A stretch of DNA of 64,000 nucleotides, taken from assembly GCF_009914755.1 (NCBI RefSeq), contig NC_060928.1; one strand, given 5' to 3'. This stretch comes from the human T2T-CHM13v2.0 reference genome, Homo sapiens. Every line of letters starts with the position of its first letter. The stretch's first letter is position 1. The position numbers were made by a program, and so were the translations under genes. Below are positions 49,527-64,000 of the stretch, one piece after another. A model generated the notes under the pieces. The model was not told where the DNA came from. It saw only the letters and a list, made by a program, of their open reading frames with translations, and did no database searches.

Positions 49527-50610
49527 CTCAAGACCCCAAGACAGACTATCCAGCATGGAATTAGTTTATATTTTATCTTATTTGCTTTAATAAAATTTTG
49601 TAGCTTCATTCCAAAGAGCATGTGTACTTTTCTTGCAGAATTTGGCCCAAAACATTGTTTTTGTCATATTTATGAATACACTGTATTTCTGATTTCCATT
49701 CTTAGCTGGTTACTGACTGTCAAAGAAAAGCTATTAATTTTTTGCATAACTATCTCATACCTAATAACCTCACCAAATTCTCTTATTAACTCTGGTAGAA
49801 AAATGTTCAAGATCCAGGTACACCTCAGGACACAGGAATTAGATTTTCCTAGACCACAGCATTAGAAATTTGAAAGTAATCTTCTTTCTTTCTTTACTAG
49901 CATTTATATTAGCTGTATCTTGCACTTGCAAGAACATCAAAAAATATGTTAACAACAGTGACAGTAGGTATCACTCATTTTTCCTGATTTTAAAAGAGAT
50001 GACTTTAATCATTTAAAATGATATTTAATAGTCTTTACCATATTTGTATTGTTTTCTTATATAAATCTTTTTCTGTGAGTTTTAATACGGCTGGCAGCTA
50101 ACAATCATCATATGCTTTTTTTCTACCTTTACTGATATCTTCGTGTTTTTTCTATTTTTAATTTGTTGATATAATTTATTTTGCAGGTAGATATCCTAAA
50201 GTAAACAATTTTGTAATTCCAGTAAAAATTTTCAGTCATCATACTATATAATTCATTCTTTATATTGATGAATTATGTTATTTAAAGTTATAGTTTAAAT
50301 TTTGTACTTATATTCTTAAGTGAAATTGGTCTTCTAGAGTTTTATTTTTCTAGAATAATTTTCAGATTTGCTGGTTGTATAAAATTCACTTGGAAGATTT
50401 TTCATCTTTTCTAATGTACCAGAAAAATGTCAGCAACATATGAGTTTATCTGTTCTTGATATGTTAGAAGCCATACAGTGCTTTTAAATATTTTTCCAAT
50501 TCTATAGCAAATGTACTACTTGTCAAATTTTCTAGTTCACCTTAGGTGAATTTGGGTCATTTCTATAGCTACAAAACCATTAATTTCCTCTAGAAATTTG
50601 TATTTCTTAT
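48100..50610 (-). mobile_element. Very old L1M remnants (antisense), with a + strand L1M 3' piece at ~49150-49475
   Basis: T-rich degenerate L1 motifs (GCAATAAATAGCCATGTA, CCAAATTCTCTTATTAACTCT, TTCCTGATTTTAAAAG). Confidence 0.55.
49483..49526. repeat. (TC)11(AC)11 compound microsatellite
   Basis: Directly visible. Confidence 0.97.
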
Positions 50611-51184
50611 ACATGTTCAGGCACAACTACTGAGATAAGCAATGGTCCCAGGATGAGTTTATCACTTAGTCCTCTCCTATGAGAATCCAAGGAGAGAGGT
50701 GTGTGCTCCCTCATTTCCTCAGCTACAAATACTGTTACGCTCTCAAACCCTAAAGACAGAGAAATTTCACACCCCTGTGTTCAGCTCCTCTCTAGAAACC
50801 TGGATGATCTTACCTTTGCCATAGAGATTTTCATTTCTGGCTAACTAGCTCTGTTTTGTCCAGAAAGGGCCAACTCCTTCACCAGTTTTCTTTATAGGAA
50901 AACCATCAGAGCCAAGATTTACCTCTGATTATTAAGATTAGAGCAGCCAAACAAGAAGCTTCTCTGATCAAGCTTCTGTGGTAGCTCAACTACAATTGAG
51001 ACAAGAGGGCTAAAGAGACATGTACTATCTCCCAGAACCCCCATGACTCTCCTATAAACCTAGATTTTAATTTTTTGATGACATATACTATGTTTCTTTG
51101 GACCTGCCATTTTACCGGGACAATTTCTCATGATTATCATTAAAAAACGGTAACTTCCGCACACCAACCATATGTGTAACCTAC

Positions 51185-51293
51185 CTCAAATTCCGCATGT
51201 CTGTGAATATCTTCTGCTCTCTGCCTGCTCAGGATAAATTCAGCTTCATTTGCTACTCTTACTAGATGATCCTTCATTGTCTGGCTAAGCAAC
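51185..51293 (-). CDS. LRBA: Internal coding exon of LRBA (LPS-responsive beige-like anchor protein), DUF1088 region upstream of PH-BEACH; 109 nt, phase 2 in / phase 0 out
   Basis: Minus-strand translation (R)[36 protein letters not shown] matches the recalled LRBA sequence; the paralog NBEA reads LLCHAMKDHIVRV...LNRQRAEDVHKH. Acceptor TTCATTTCTTACAG|G (AG at 51295-51294) and donor GAG|GTAGGT (GT at 51184-51183). No neighbouring exons were found in the window. Confidence 0.96.
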
Positions 51294-52860
51294 CTGTAAG
51301 AAATGAATGTTATCAAATAAATATATGTATACACACACAACATAAATGATTATTCACTGCTTACGGTGGAGAGGAAGGAATACTTACTTTCTTCTTTTGA
51401 CATCATACACAATGAGGTACCATTATTTCATGCTAAATAATTGAGGAATGTAACAACAGCAAAAGGTTACCCTTCTGGCAATAGCAGATTAGCTTCTATC
51501 AGACTAGCCATGTAACAAAAGCAACTAAAAATACTGGATTAAAGTTGTGTTTTAATCTTTTAAAATGCACTGGAAAGTTACCAAGGCAGCCAAAATTAAC
51601 CAGTGAAGATCACAGAGAAGAAAGCACACAAAGGACAATCAGTGTGACTTTTTACATTAAGGCATTTGCTATTCCCAAGTGAGAACAGAAAAGCTACACA
51701 GACCTGTCACTAGTCTCACAAAGATAAATAGAAAAAAATTGAGGTTCACAGTCTGTCAAGGTGGAGGAGTCCCGGTAGACTACCCAAGAGTTACAGCAGG
51801 AATCAAGTGTACCCCAGAAAGCAAGAAATAGACCAGGCCTCAAAACACTGAAACAGACCTTCAGAGATTTGGTGATTGGTATTTAGGTTAACTGGCAGCC
51901 AAAAAGCTAAGCAAAGCTTTCAGGGTGGGGAGAAAAAAATCAGAAATACCAATGCAGGAGGGCCATGGCAAAACCCCAGGTTTTCAGAGTACCTCAGAAG
52001 GGCTACACACTAGGAGAAGGCAAACAAAATAGGCCAAACTCTCACAAGAACTTAAAAATAAAAACCCAGCCTTGAGTCAGCTCAGACCCTAAATTAATAC
52101 AATCGGCCATTAGTCTAACTGCTAATCAGAAACCAAAAGGAAGTCCTTTCTAAAGGAAGATAATATCATAGAGACTTAAATTTACCCTTGCCATTTTAAA
52201 ATACAATTTTCAGCATTCAGTCACCAATTAATAGGCACAAGAGACAATATCATACGAATGGAAACTAAATAGAAACTGGCTCACATCTGGACATTGAAAT
52301 AAATATAGTTAATATGTTTAGAACTAATTGTGTAACAGAGAATTCCAGTAAAGAATGAAAACTGTAGAAGAACTGAAAAAAAATAAATAAATATAAAAAT
52401 AGATTTACTGGGTTATTAAGCTCAGCCAAAAAAGGAAAAATTTACTGAAAGATAGGTCAATGACAACTAGACTGAAACATAGTAAGAAAAATTAATGAAA
52501 ATTGAACAAAATAAATAACAGACATATAGGACATGGTAAAAGAATCTAATGTAAGTGTATCTGTAGTATAAGAAAGAGTAGATACATAATTAGAAAAAAG
52601 CAATATTTGAAGAGATAATGGCCAAGATTTTTCAAAACTGGGAAAAAACACTGAGCCATATGTTGATGGAGTGCTACAAAACCCAAGCAGGGTTTTTAAG
52701 GATACCCTGCTTAGGCAGTAATAGTAAAACTATCAAAGAAAAAAATTCTTAATAGCAGACAGCGGGAGAGGCCTTCAAAAGAGCAACAATAAGCCTAATG
52801 GAAGCCAGATAAGAATGCAATGACCTATTTGAAATACTAAACAAAAATACTACCTAAAAG

Positions 52861-53160
52861 GCCAGGCCAGTGGCTCACACCTGTAATCCCAGCACTTTGG
52901 GAGGTCCGGGCGAGAGGATCACATGAGGCCAGTAGTTCAAGACCAGCCTTGGCAATGTAGTGAGATCCCATCTCTACCAAGAAAGTTTTTTTTAATTAGC
53001 GAGGCATGGTAGTGCATGCCTATGGTCCCAGCTACTCAGGAGCCTGAGGCAGAAGCATCACTTGAGTCAATGAGTTTCAAGTTATAGTGAGCTATGATCA
53101 CACCATGGCACTTCAGCCTGAGCAACAGAGAGAGATCCTCTCTCAAAACCAACCAACCAA
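52861..53160 (+). mobile_element. AluJ
   Basis: Full Alu, (AACC)n tail, TSD ACCTAA. Confidence 0.9.
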
Positions 53161-53181
53161 CCACCTAAGAATTCTATCCTC

Positions 53182-53521
<340 letters not shown>

Positions 53522-53535
53522 TCAATAATGAGATT

Positions 53536-54342
53536 TAAAGGGTCAAGAGTATACCACTGTGGGAAAAAAAAAAGAGTATTTTTCTGAACTTTCTTTATCC
53601 ACCTAAATGAAGAAGCTCCCAAAAGAATTTAGCTTTCATCAATCCCTTCCCAGGGAGTTTTGCAACCAAGGAAGATTGACTATTGTCAGTAAAGATGAGA
53701 AGTTAGTACCAGGATGAGAAATTATCTAAATAGACATTGATACAAAACTATAATATCACTTAACTATTCTCCTAAGGGCCCACTTACTGTTCACAAAATC
53801 ATTAGCTTTCCCAAATGTGCCCTTCATTACTTCACTTTTACCCTATTAAAATGGTATGTATATAACCCCAAATTCTAACCCCCTCCTCAAGTCACATTTT
53901 TCTCTGAATCTTTTTTTTTTTTTTTTTTTTTTTTCTGAGACGAAGTTTCGCTCTGTCGCCCAGGCTGGGTATAATGGCACAATCTCGGGTCACTGCAACC
54001 TCTGCCTCCTGGGTTCAAGCGATTCTCCTGCCTCAACCTCCTGAGTAGCTGGGATTACAAGTATTCACAATCATGCCAGGCTAATTTTTGTATTTTTAGT
54101 AGAGACGGGGTTTCACCATGTTAGCCAGGGTGGTCTTGAACTCCTGACCTCAGGTGATCCGCCCGCCTTGGCCTCCCAAAGTGCTGGGATTTCAGGTGTG
54201 AGACACAGCAGCCGGCCGAATTCTGATAGACTTATGACTAAAAATAGGTCTTTTTTCTTGCTAAGCTGTGTTTGTCTGTTTAATTCACAGGTCCCCAAAC
54301 AACAAACCTAAGAGGGTAGAGGAAAACTTTTCCTCATCATCA
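53536..54342 (+). mobile_element. ERV1 solo LTR (MER34/MER39-like) split by an Alu
   Basis: 3' end AAACCTAAGAGGGTAGAGGAAAACTTTTCCTC..CA. Confidence 0.7.
53911..54217 (-). mobile_element. AluS
   Basis: Reverse full Alu. Confidence 0.94.
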
Positions 54343-55405
54343 AAAGCAAAATAAGAACATTCCATGACAAATAAAATAGGGAGAATTTGTCACCAGCCAA
54401 CCAACATACTTCACAAGGATGAAAAATAATATAAGATTGATACAAGTCAAGGAAAACAATTGGAGCAATGAAAATGACAAACGTGGGTAAATCTAAAAGT
54501 ATACTGAATGTTTACAATAATTATGTAACTTCTAGAATTAAAAAATACTGCAATCTAAAATATATAACCACAGCATACAAGGCAAGAGAAACCAACTGAA
54601 TTAGTGTTATAAGTTTCTTGTGTCATACATCAATTGGCAAAAGAATCAGTTTATGTAAGATGTTAATTATAATATTCATACTACAATCTCTGGGTAACCA
54701 CTAAAGTTATTTAAAATAATATATAACCAACAAGCCAATGGGAAAAAAATTAAGCAACAAATACTTAGCTCAGAAGAAGGAAAAAAAAAAGAAACACAAG
54801 ATGTGGAGCAAATATAAAGGACATAAATAATAAGATGATAAATTTTAACCTAAACATATCAGAAATACATAGAAAGTAAACATTTAGTAGTAAAATTATT
54901 GTCAAATCAATTTTTTAAGGCATATGATGCTTGTAAGTGACACAATTTCAATATAAGGTTAAACAAAGATTGAAAAGTATAATTTCAGAAAACATGAACA
55001 ATTTTTAAAAGCTAAAAGGTAATAAACTTTTTTTAGTATGAGAAGCAAACAGAAATAAAATAAACCTGTTAAATTAATAAAAGGATAAATGAACTAGAGA
55101 TACAGAAATTTAGTATTTTGAGATTCTAAATTTGTATGCTCTTAAGAATATGGCCTACTACCAGATATAGAATATATAAAGCTATAGAATATTTTTTAAC
55201 CTGACCTGACTGACATATCGAGAACATTATACCCAGTAAGTGAATAATAAATATTATTTTCAGGTAAACATGGAACATATAAAAAAAACAGGCAAAATGC
55301 GGGGTCACAAAGCAATTTACAGTGAATTTCAAATGATGGAATCATACTCAGTATGTTCTTTGATACATTTCAATTAAACTAGAAATAACAGGATACAGAT
55401 CACTC

Positions 55406-55985
55406 TGCAAGAAGCTCTAAGCTGACCACTGACTTTCCTAACCTCCTGGTATCCACAGCATTATGTAATCTTCCCCTTTAGAGTGTAAGAAGGAGATGGG
55501 GCTTGCCTCGAAGCAAGAAAATATGGCAACAATGAAGGAATAACACTTCAATAATTACATTAAATAAGATGGTAACTTGCATCTTGCTAGCAGACTCTAT
55601 TGACGCTCTCCCTTAATGGCTTAGCTAAAGAAAGCTGTCATGTTATGAGCTGCCCTGTGTAAAGGCCTCCATGGCAAGGAGCTGAGTAGAGCCCCAGACA
55701 ACAGCCCGCAAAGAATTCAGACTCTCAGTCTAACGACTCAAAAGGAAGTGAATCCTGCCAACAATCACATGATCATGGAAGCAGATCCTTTCCTAGTCAA
55801 ACATCAAATAAGACTGCAACTCTGGCCAGCACCTCAATTGCAGCCTTGTAAGTGAACCTGAAGGAGAGGCCCAGCTAAGCCATGCCTAGGATTCCTGACC
55901 AAGAAAAATTGAGATAACAAATGTATGTTTCTTTAAGGCTAAGTTGTGATAATATTGTTAACACAGCAGTCGCTAAGTAATATCA
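55406..55985 (+). mobile_element. MLT1E/F-like MaLR LTR
   Basis: GAATCCTGCCAACAATCACATG..GGAAGCAGATCCTT; CCCAGCTAAGCCATGCC; AATGTATGTTTCTTTAAG. Confidence 0.8.
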
Positions 55986-58051
55986 TTTCATGTCTAAAAA
56001 TTAAAGAATGCACCTCTGAAAAAAACGCACACATAAAAGAATACATCATAATGGAAATTAGGAAACGTTTGCAGTAAAACATAGTAAAAACAATGTGCCA
56101 AAATCTGTGGATTTAGATAAACCTTAAACCAATGCTTAGAGGGAAATTGATACACTGAATAAAAACACTAAAGAAGAAAAAAATTGTCAAAATAAATTAT
56201 GCAAGTATTGAACTGAAGAAATCAGAAAAAGAACAGCCAGTGAACACTGAAAGTTAAATAAGGATAAGAACAGAAATTAAATAGAAAATAAAAAATACAC
56301 TTTAGAAGATAAAGTTAACAGTTAGTTATTTAAAATACTGAAAAAATCCAAAAGAAAAATGTAAACAATTAAAAGTAATAATTGAATTTAGGAGAGTCAC
56401 TGGATTTAAGGCAAATACACAAAAATCAACTAGATTATATGTATAGGTTACTAACAAAGTAAAAATGGTTTTTAAATACTATTTTGAAAAGCATTCAAAA
56501 CCATCAAAATATGTAGGAAAAAGAAACAAAAATGTGCTAGAATTCTGCATGTCAAACAGAAAGAATGGTAAAAAAAAAAAAAAAAAGTTAAAACTTAAAG
56601 AAAAAAGTATACCATGTTCATGAAAGGGAAAGGCTTGTATTAAAGATATCAATTCTCCACAAAGCTATTTATAGATACAGTCCAATCAAAATCCTAGCAG
56701 GTCTTTCTGCATAATCTGATGAGTTCAAATTTAATTCTAAAATCTATAGAAAATGTAAACAAACAAGAATACATGAGACATTCTTAAAGAGGGGAAGAGA
56801 GATGATAATAATGATAATGATATTAAAAGACTTATAAGTAAGATGGTCTTTTCCAAAAACTGGTCTTAGATCAATCAACTGATGCTCATATGGACAAATT
56901 AACCCTGACTTCTACCTCAAACCATACAAACAAACCAATTCCAAATGAATCCTAGACAAGACCTAAAGATTTCAGGAAGTTTAAAAAGTTTCTAGAAGAT
57001 TACATAAGAGAGCATCTTCCTGACTGGGTCGATGTAAAGACTTACTGCACCAAACAAAAATACACAAAACATAAGAAAAATAGTGACAAAATGAACTACA
57101 TCAAAATTTAAAGACTTGTGCTTATGAAAGCCACCACTAAGAGAATTAAAAGCCAAACTTCAGAGAGAGAGAATATACTTGGAAAAATTACAACCAACGA
57201 GGAACTGCTATCTTAAATATATTAAAAAGCCTCTTACAAATAAAAGAAAATGATCACAATTTTTAAAATGGGAAAAGTACACAAGCACTTCACAAAAGAA
57301 GATTTCCAAATGGTGAATAAGATTATGAAAAGTTGTTCAGGATTACTAGTCATCAAGGAAATAAAACTTAAAACCATAAGATATACTATACTCCACAGAA
57401 TGGCTATATATGTTTAAAAGGCTGGCATCACCAAGTTATATCAAAGATGTGAAGTAACAGGGACTCTTATAATCACAAAATCGATTAATAAAAATGTTCA
57501 TGGCAATTATTTACAATAGCCAAACACTAGCAACTACCCAAATGTCCATTAAAAATAAAACTAATTTTTAAAATGTTGGACTTTCATAAAGTAAAATGCT
57601 AAGTAGGAAAAAAAAGAATCAATATTATGCATAACAATATGAATTTCACTAACAATATGAATTTCACTAACAATATTGAGCAAAAGCACACAAAAAATAT
57701 AAAATGTATGAATTGCCTTGTATAAAGATAAAAATTTTTAAAAACAAAACTATGGTATTAGAAGTTAAGAGATTAAGAAATGGTAACCTTCAGTGCTACC
57801 TCTCCATATGAGGACTCACACGGAACACTGATAATGGCCACGGAGTTCTAAATATTTTAATAAAATGTCTTAGATGTATAAACAAACGACCCATTCTGAT
57901 TAGCGCTTTTATAACACCATTTACTTATAAACATATCAACAGAGTGATTCACTTTATGTAATCTGGAACATTTTTGATATGTATAGGTCTTCTAAACTTC
58001 CTTCTTTAATAGGAGTTGAGAACATAGAGCGGGCAGGGATAGAATTATTAT

Positions 58052-58372
58052 TATTATCATTATTATTATTATATATTTTTTTTTTTTTTTAGGGACAGAG
58101 TCTCGCTCTGTCACCCAGGCTGGAGTGCAGTGGTGCAATTATGGCTCACAGAAACCTCAACCTCCCAAGCTCAAGTGATCTGCCTACCTCAGCCTGCTGA
58201 GTAGCTGGGACTATATACATGTGCCATCGTACCCTGTAAGTTATTTTGGTGGTGTTGTAGAGACAGGGTCTCACTATGTTGCCTATATTGGTCTCAAACT
58301 CCTGAGCTCAAGTGATCCTCCTGCCTTAGCTTCCCAAAGTGCTGAAATTATGGGCATGAACATACATGGCCT
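58052..58372 (-). mobile_element. AluJ with (ATT)n tail
   Basis: Reverse Alu. Confidence 0.9.
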
Positions 58373-58543
58373 GCAAGGATTATTTTTTTAAATTTATATA
58401 ACAAAAGTGGCTAAACTGCCACTAGAAAATGCCCACCTACAAAAGTTACACCTAGCAGTCATCAACAATGACATGAACTTACTCCCATTCCACAGGGCAC
58501 TTGCCTCACTTTGTAGCAATGTTTTCATTTAAAATATAAATAA

Positions 58544-58855
58544 GGCCAGGTACAGTGGCTCATGCCTACAATCCCAGCACGTAGAAAAGAGACTCCTTGA
58601 GCCCCAGGAGTTTGAGACAAGCCTGGGTAAAATAAAGAGACTTCTTCTCTACAAAAAAACACCAAAAACAACAAAATTAGCTGAGCATGGTGGTACACAT
58701 CTGTAGTCTCAGCTACTCAAAAGGCCAAGGCAGGAGAATCACCTAAGCCCAGGAGGTAGAGGCTACAGTGAACCATGATGGCATCACTGCACTGCAGCCA
58801 GGGCGACAAAGTAAGAACCTGTCTCAAAACAAAAAACAAAACAAAAACAAAAAAA
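58544..58855 (+). mobile_element. AluJ
   Basis: Full diverged Alu. Confidence 0.9.
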
Positions 58856-58900
58856 GAGCAAACATAAACTTGGATCCAAAGCAATTGTCACAAAAATTGT

Positions 58901-59197
<297 letters not shown>

Positions 59198-59483
59198 AGC
59201 AGTCTTAATAATGCGCTATATGAACATGTTCCCACAATGCAGAAAAACATGTGGAAAATATTCCTCATGAATCAATTAATTTCACTACAACACTATTTAT
59301 GAAAGTGAGAATCTTAAAGAATCAAAATATACAATCATATAAGTAGATTGTTCCAAATTGACAAAATAATGTCCACAATATACATTAAGAGGAAAAATAA
59401 ACCTGAGGAATATTATGAACAATATGAGCTTGGGGAACATATAAAAGAAAATACACTTTCTTTTAATTGCCAATAATCTAGAA

Positions 59484-59707
59484 CAGGGGTCAGCAAATTA
59501 AGGCCTGTGTGCCAAATCTAGCCTGCCAACATTTTTTGGTTAGTAAGTTCTATAAGAGCACAACTAGGCCCATTTGTTTAAGTGTTATCCATGGCTGTTT
59601 TCAACTCACCATACTACACTGAGTTGACCAGTTGTGAAAAAGACCATGTGTACTGCAAGGCCTAAAGAACTATCTGGCCTTTTACAGAAAAAGCATGCAC
59701 ATGTCTG
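59484..59707. mobile_element. MER58A hAT-Charlie MITE
   Basis: CAGGGGTCAGCAAA...TCTGGCCTTTTACAGAAAAAG; CTAG-containing target sites. Confidence 0.85.
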
Positions 59708-60656
59708 GGCTAGTGAGTGAGGCTTAAGTCCTCCTCCTTACATGTCTCTGTTCTTTGAAGCTTTACAACAATCAATAATCAAAAGAAAGGAAAACAGAAA
59801 ATCCTTAAAGAAAATAAAAAAGCTTTCTGCCATTCTATCACTTTGTTTCGATCTCTATTAGGCTCACATACACTATTTTAATTTGACTCCAGCTCTGTCA
59901 GACTCTCTCTTCTATCCCCAAACTGTCTTCCAGCTACTTTAGAAGTTAATGCAATTTCTTATCTATGATTTTGGGGTGACATCATCAGGGTATTTTTTTT
60001 CAAATGCTATTAAACAGTACTCATTTAGGCATTACAGACAAAAACCATCCCTAGTGTAATTTTAAAACCCACTAATGAATAACTTCCTCTGATTCTACGA
60101 TAGAAAAAACAAGGGCTTTCAAGAGTACAGATGTGAAATACTGGTTTGGGTTCTTAATTTCCCTCTAGAGACCTAAAACCACATTGTGAATTTAACATCA
60201 ATATATTGCCTTGTACTTTCAAACATTAATTGAATTGATTAGTCAATGGCACACTATCCTACTAGTCCCCAAACAAGTAACCTCAAAGTTATTCTAGTCT
60301 CTTCCCTCTTCTCTACCACCTTCCTTCAGGCCCCTAATCAATCAATAAGTCTTGTCAATATTTCCTTTGTAATATTCTCAGCTTTAATTTATGCTGTTTT
60401 ATAGCCAATGTCCTAAAAATAAAGGTTTCATCATTTCATATACATTATAACTGAATAAATCTTCTGAGTGCTAATTCTGATCTTTTAACATTTTTGTGCC
60501 TCTGCCTTTTAAAAACACTGTCCAACATCTGTTCAACACCTATTACATTATAGACTAGGCTAAGCAGCAAAGATGACCTTTCATTATATTTTAGTTGGGG
60601 AAAAAGAGAATCCACTGGAGTCCTTTCCAGCTTGAAACTCATATTAACATAAGTGC

Positions 60657-61252
60657 TATGGTGGACACACCCTAATGTGACCTCCAGTGAGTCGTGGCTT
60701 TAAATGATCCCAACCCCTTGAGTTCAACCTGGGCAGAATCTGGCACTTCCTTCTAGCAAACAGAATATAGTAAAGATAATGGGATAATCATTCCTTAATT
60801 AGGGTACTTTACATGCCAACGGTGATGGGATAATCACTCTGGTACTTATGTAATAAAGTTCTGCCCTAGCATACTGCAGAGATTCTCCTGCCACCCCTGA
60901 AGAAGAAGTAAGTGGCTATGTGTGACCAGGCCATGAGACAGGGAAGTATGGACAGCCTGTAGGATCTGAGAGCATCCTCTCAGTGACAGTAAACAAGAAA
61001 ATGGGAAACTCAGTACCACAACAGCATGGAACTGAATTCTGCCAAGAAATTTGTGACCCCAAGCTCCAGAAAGAAATGCAGTTTGACCAACACCTTTATT
61101 GTAGACTTGTAAAACCCTAAACAGAAGATCCAGCTAAGCTGAGTCTAGACTTCTGACCCACAGAAACTGTAGGATAGTAAACATAAGTTGCTTTGAGCTG
61201 CAAAATTTGTGGGAATTTGTTATAAAATAAGCAATACAAATAAAATTAGAAC
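60657..61252 (+). mobile_element. MLT1F/G-like MaLR LTR
   Basis: GGAACTGAATTCTGCCAA; CCAGCTAAGCTG..GACTTCTGACCCACAGAAACTGT. Confidence 0.8.
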
Positions 61253-61340
61253 ATAAGAATATGTTTGCTATCATATCTCTATAGAAGCAAAGATCACAAT
61301 AATCTACTAAAGATGAAAAAAAGCTCCAATAGAAAATTAG

Positions 61341-61839
<499 letters not shown>

Positions 61840-62299
61840 TAGGTAGGATATTTCTGTCTTGATGTTTCACTCATTTTTCTGGTTACATAGCATTTAAAAA
61901 CCATGCAACACTTTAATAATGAAGCAACAAGTGAAAGCTCCCAGCCCCCTTCCCTGTTCACTTTTCAGAATACATCACCACCATGAGTAGTTTATGTTCC
62001 TGTCCTTACATTTATCTAAACTTATAGAAACATATACAGTATTTATGTGCATATATATGAAACACATACAGTATTTATGTGCATATATACATATATACAA
62101 ATGTACATGTTCATGTGTTTTGTAAAAATATTTTTAAATACTTAAGAAGTCATACTATAATACTTGTATATTTTACTTAACCGTATACCATTATGTAATC
62201 AGAACAGCTTCAAGTGACTCATGTGGATGGAATGTACCGTAATTTATCAAAATAGTCCCTTATCCAGAGATCATTCATTCTTTCATTCTTTGCCCCATT

Positions 62300-64000
<1,701 letters not shown>

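Noticed and set aside
50610-51050. Possible ancient LTR next to the exon
   Set aside because: Composition is suggestive, but I could not identify a family or termini
51140-51343. 67-aa stand-alone ORF
   Set aside because: It is the LRBA exon plus in-frame intron read-through; splice sites define 51185-51293

Overview
Primate (almost certainly human) AT-rich intronic DNA from inside LRBA, which is transcribed on the minus strand. Only one real coding exon is present (51185-51293, 109 nt, [36 protein letters not shown]). The rest is intron filled with nested transposable elements: about 30 Alus including a young AluYa5, a full-length L1MA2-type LINE with nested THE1 and Alu insertions, an L1PA 3' fragment, older L1M, L2 and MIR, MaLR/ERV1 LTRs, and Tigger/Charlie DNA transposons. 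The most notable non-TE element is a processed retrocopy of ZBTB8OS (archease, the RTCB tRNA-ligase cofactor) at about 36901-38145, antisense to LRBA. It keeps an uninterrupted 165-codon ORF with the key functional residues. Other candidates are a possible UG-repeat-flanked cryptic poison exon, a tandemly duplicated Alu with a triplicated target site, and a dispersed 66-bp direct repeat. I see no convincing evidence of a wholly new biological system. Repeat subfamily names come from recalled consensus features, and boundaries of old repeats are approximate.
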